A stretch of DNA of 60,711 nt, the filler included, from Stramenopiles sp. TOSAG23-6 (lineage: Eukaryota), in NCBI GenBank assembly GCA_900128565.1. It is 12 parts of 12 records of this genome, joined end to end, with 100 filler letters (N's around TTAATTAATTAA, not from the genome) between each part and the next. Parts side by side here need not be neighbours in the genome. Positions count along the whole stretch, not along the records: positions 55,758 to 60,711 come from LT637006.1; 11 more parts are not named here. One strand, written 5' to 3'. Under the pieces are notes generated by a model. It ran no database searches and had not been told where the DNA came from. It saw only the letters and a list, made by a program, of their open reading frames with translations. The position numbers and the translations under genes were made by a program. This document shows, piece after piece, positions 56,576 through 60,711 of this stretch. How positions within the stretch are numbered: the stretch's first letter is position 1; the number at the start of each line of letters is the position of its first letter.

Positions 56576-56812
56576 ATGAATACAAGAGATTTTGCATGTT
56601 TCTTGATTAATTCCTGTTCAACAATGTCCCTTAGTTTTGATTCACTTGACGAATCTAAGTAGTGAACCACACGATCAATTTCTTCTTTTAACCTAATCTT
56701 TGCCTTTTTTAAATAATCAGGACAACTATTTTCTATTAAGTACGCCTGGGATTCACCCTGATAAAATAATCGAGTTTGTTCGAAAAATGGAATTTCAAAG
56801 TCGATTTCATAA
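56576..56812 (-). CDS. CUL3: Cullin-3-like exon (absent from the ORF track)
   Basis: Hand translation YEIDFEIPFFEQTRLFYQGESQAYLIENSCPDYLKKAKIRLKEEIDRVVHYLDSSSESKLRDIVEQELIKKHAKSLVF resembles the cullin-3 repeat region. Confidence 0.8.
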
Positions 56813-57076
56813 ATGTATTTTGGAAAAATATTTCAAGAAAAAAAACTTAAATTTGTTAGGTACAAAATTTCGTACGAAAAAAAATTTCGAATTTGAAAAA
56901 AAGTAAAACNNNNNNNNNNNNNNNNNNNNNNNNNNNNNNNNNNNNNNNNNNNNNNNNNNNNNNNNNNNNNNNNNNNNNNNNNNNNNNNNNNNNNNNNNNN
57001 NNNNNNNNNNNNNNNNNGTTAGGTACAAAATTTCGTACGAAAAAAAATTTCGAATTTGAAAAAAAGTAAAACATAT

Positions 57077-58320
57077 ATCTTTCCATTTGGATGTAACAAC
57101 CCAAAATACCATGAGCGAACTTTTTTCTGTTCTAATAATTTTTCTCTTTGACCAGATAAATTGGCAACTACTGAATTTCGCCATTTACTCCTAGCAAGAG
57201 ATATATACAGTGAAAAATATTTCAAAAATTTGATTTTTTTTGTTAGGTATGAAATTTTCTATGAAAAAAAAGAAAATATTACATTCATAATGAAAATATA
57301 CATGGAATGCACAAAATCAGATCGACTTCGTTCATTTTGGAAGCAAAGATCATACTCACGATTCACTGTCCAATGTAATTGCTTCATAAGAGGCAGATTT
57401 GTCGGTGCTTGAAAAGTCAATTTAAGTTTTTTTACACAATCTTTGTCTTTTAAACACCGGAAGATTTCACCAATTTTAAATACTTTCTTTACAAGTCCAG
57501 TTGTTTCAGAGACTGTTAATAAATTACTATCTGGTTTTATATCAATAAGTCTTTCTTGAGATACACCCCACTTATTAATTTTTGTCGTCAAAAAGGTCAA
57601 ACGAACGCAATTTAAATTAGTCTCATTCAAACTAACTCTTCGTCCAATCGTTGATTTTCTTGCTTTGCTACCTCGTGCCTCTCGTCTTCTACCTACGTCT
57701 TGGGTTACTGCAAGGGCAACAATAAATCGATTCAACTCAGCGGGGCTTTTGAGAGTGAGTAAGTATGGTCTATGGCCTTTCGCACTCTCCATGTCATCTA
57801 CGCTTGCGTCAGCAGGTAATCCGAAAACAACTTTGCAGTCCACATCTGACAACGGTTCCGCACATTTTACAAATGTTATTTTATGAACTTTCTTTACTAC
57901 ACTTTTTTTGAAAATAGTCAATGTTGATTCATGTATATCAAGTTCAAGAGTGCGCTCCTTGCGAAAGCCAATTTTATCGGCTTTCCAGCATTGAAAAGTT
58001 GCTATACCATTCTTTTCGAATCCTGGATTTTGATATTTTACTTTTCCAGCCTCATATGCTTCTTTCTCCATTATTTGACCAATAACTTCAAAAGAATCTT
58101 TGATTTTTAAAAACTTTTCATCAATAGACATTCCTCGACGAAAAACAATAGGTTCATTTAGAAGTTCACTTGCAAGTTCCATAGGTCCACCAGGGTATGC
58201 GGTCTCTTCTTCAGCGCTCAGATCTGAGTCTCTGTACGATGTTGGAAAATCTACCGCAGCTCCTTCAGTTTCGCTTTCTGTTAAATTTCCCTGAGATGAA
58301 CATGAATCTGAAGTACTCAT
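57077..58320 (-). CDS. Unknown protein with two PH-like repeats; intron 57203-57301, next donor at 57076
   Basis: Repeats KADKIGFRKERTLELD and KINKWGVSQERLIDIK. Confidence 0.55.
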
Positions 58321-58578
58321 ACTGTTGCTTATCTTAAGTATACGATGCAGAGATTCTCTACAATAATAAAATAAAAGAATACTGGAAGAAAATTCAACAC
58401 AAAAAAAGAGAAAAAGCGATATAATATGACAGTTTTTTCCCAATCGTAAAACCCTAACCCTACCAGGAATTACCAGGTCCTAATGATAAAATTCAAATCG
58501 ATTTGAATCGAAGAAGACGGGAAGGACGAAAACATTAGATTAATTATATAGTGTCTTTTCTTACAAAGAAAGTGATAA

Positions 58579-60385
58579 ATGAATGCACAAAAATGTACAA
58601 ATCATGAAGAAGAGGTTATTCAAAGGGTTTTTAGCGGGTTAGGTCCTGCTACTGTAATCACCAGTTATCTTTGCTTGAAAGATCGACTCTCAGGGAGAGT
58701 TGTGTCAAATGATAAGCATAGACCTTGGATGGTTGGTGTTGATTGGGGTGGTGTGACGTGTACTGAAACAGTGAAGCACAATGGGTTTGAGTTTTTACGG
58801 TGGTTGAGAAGTCAAAAACCACCTTGTCCTTGGGATAAAAAAACGTGTAGTGAAGCAGCTCGTAAAGGTCACTTGGAAGTATTGAAATGGGTGAGAAGTC
58901 AAAAACCACCTTGTCCATGGGATGAATGGACGTGTTCTTATGCAGCTGAATATGGTCATTTAGAAGTATTGAAATGGGTAAGAAGTCAAAATCCACCTTG
59001 TCCTTGGAATGAATCAACGTGTTATATGGCAGCTGAAAATGGTCACTTAGAAGTATTGAAATGGGTAAGTAGTCAAAATCCACCTTGTCCATGGGATAAA
59101 GTAACGTGTTGGAGAGCAGCTAAAAATGGTCACTTAGAAGTATTGAAATGGGTAAGAAGTCAAAATCCACCTTGTCCTTGGGATGGAGCGTGTTCTTTTG
59201 CAGCTAGATATGGCCATTTAGAGGTATTAAAATGGGTAAGAAGTCAAACTCCACCTTGTCCATGGGATGACAATACATGCGCTGATGCAGCTAAAAATGG
59301 TCATTTAGAAGTACTAAAATGGGTAAGAAGTCAAAATCCACCTTGTCCGTGGAATAGACAAATGTGTTGGAAAGCAGCTGAAAGTGGTCATTTGGAAGTA
59401 TTGAAATGGGCAAGAAGTCAAGATCCACCTTGTCCATGGGGTGCCGATGTATGTTATGGAGCAGCTGCAAATGGTCATTTAGAAGTATTGAAATGGGTTA
59501 GAAGTCAAAATCCACCTTGTCCTTGGGATGAAGATACGTGTTATGGTGCAGCTAGAAATGGTCACTTAGAAGTATTGAAGTGGGTAAGAAGTCAGTCAAT
59601 ATCCACCTTGTCCATGGAATGACTCATGGAATAGATTTACATGTTCCAGTGCAGCTAGAAATGGTCACTTGGAAGTATTGAAATGGCTAAGAAGTCAAAA
59701 TCCACCTTGTCCGTGGGATGAATATACGTGTGAAGTAGCAGCTGCAACTGGTCATTTAGAAGTATTGAAATGGGTAAGAAGTCAAAAACCACCTTGTCCT
59801 TGGAATGAAGAGGCATGTTCTTTTGCAGCTCGAAGAGGTCACTTGGAAATGTTGAAATGGTTAAGAAATCAAAATCCACCTTGTCCATGGGATGAAGAGG
59901 TGTGTAGGTTTACAGCTTTACATTGTCATTTAGAAGTATTGAAATGGGTAAGAAGTCAAAATCCACCTTGTCCATGGGATGAAAAGACATGTATATGGGC
60001 AGCTGAAAGAGGCCACTTGGAAGTATTGAAATGGGTACGAAGTCAAAATCCACCTTGTCCTTGGGATGAAGATACGTGTTTTACTGCAGCTAAATGGGGT
60101 CAGTTACAAGTATTGAAATGGGTAAGAAGTCAAAATCCACCTTGTCCGTGGGATACAAGGACATGTTCTTTTGCAGCTCAAAGTGGTCATTTAGAAATAT
60201 TAAAGTGGGTAAGAAATCAAAATCCACCCTGTCCATGGGATGATGGAACGTGTCTTGCTGCAGAGGCTTACGGTCACTATGAAGTATTGAAATGGTTGAT
60301 AGAGATGGGATGTCCAGAGTGGTCAGAGAATGATTCAGTTTCGTCTGATGAATTTTCATCAGATCCATCTTCTGAAGAAGAATAA
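58579..60385 (+). pseudogene. Ankyrin-repeat gene with a single +4 frameshift near 59592 (pseudogene or assembly error)
   Basis: About 17 repeats; AGTCAGTCAATATCCACC replaces AGTCAAAATCCACC and the frame continues as ORF 59669. Confidence 0.7.
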
Positions 60386-60711
60386 TAAAATCACATTCAT
60401 TTCAAATGTATGCTATATTTTGAAATAATGAAACAAAAAGATGCATTTTGTGTACATAATAAAAATAGTAGTCAAAATAAATTATATTTTGAAAGCAATA
60501 TTTCTACATTTTGCATTAAATTATACAATAATTTTGTCAGATTTCCTGTTGCTATTTTTTTTTACTACTACGTATACTCAAGGGAATACTAATTAACGTA
60601 ATTTGAAATATTGTTATAATTATTAATTTCCACGTCATTGAATAAAAAAAAAATAAAAAAAATGTTTTTGACACGAAATCCAAAATCATCAATATTTTTT
60701 TTTTACAAACG

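Noticed and set aside
58579-60385. Ankyrin repeats as evidence of an endogenous giant virus
   Set aside because: This repeat type is also expanded in algal and protist genomes, and no viral hallmark genes are present.

Overview
AT-rich eukaryotic (protist, probably stramenopile) DNA. It is not one locus: twelve ~5 kb contigs are concatenated with artificial N/TTAATTAATTAA/N spacers, so adjacency across spacers is meaningless. Recognisable genes: KNTC1/ROD, presequence protease PreP, exosome MTR3, Rab8, DNAJC17-like, an SLC12 transporter, AIP1/WDR1, TBC1D23-like with an inserted CAP-Gly domain, a class III aminotransferase fusion, cullin-3 and eIF2B-gamma fragments, LRR and ankyrin proteins, and tRNA-Leu(AAG). 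The main signal is that most genes are interrupted by a ~90-110 nt intron family (roughly 50 copies by eye). Consensus: GTAYGTTTT...TTTCGTACGAAATTTTGTACCTAAC...GAAATATTTTTCCAAAATACAT. Conserved proteins are restored only if these introns are removed with a NON-AG 3' end, mostly GT...AT, with GT-GT, GT-TT, GT-AA and GT-AC variants. The exon context is AT|G instead of the usual AG|G. Even a divergent 389-nt Rab intron with a GTAAGT donor ends in CAT, while a few ordinary GT-AG introns coexist. This points to an introner-like element expansion plus a spliceosome with rewired or relaxed 3' splice-site recognition. Splice junctions are inferred from protein conservation, not RNA data.
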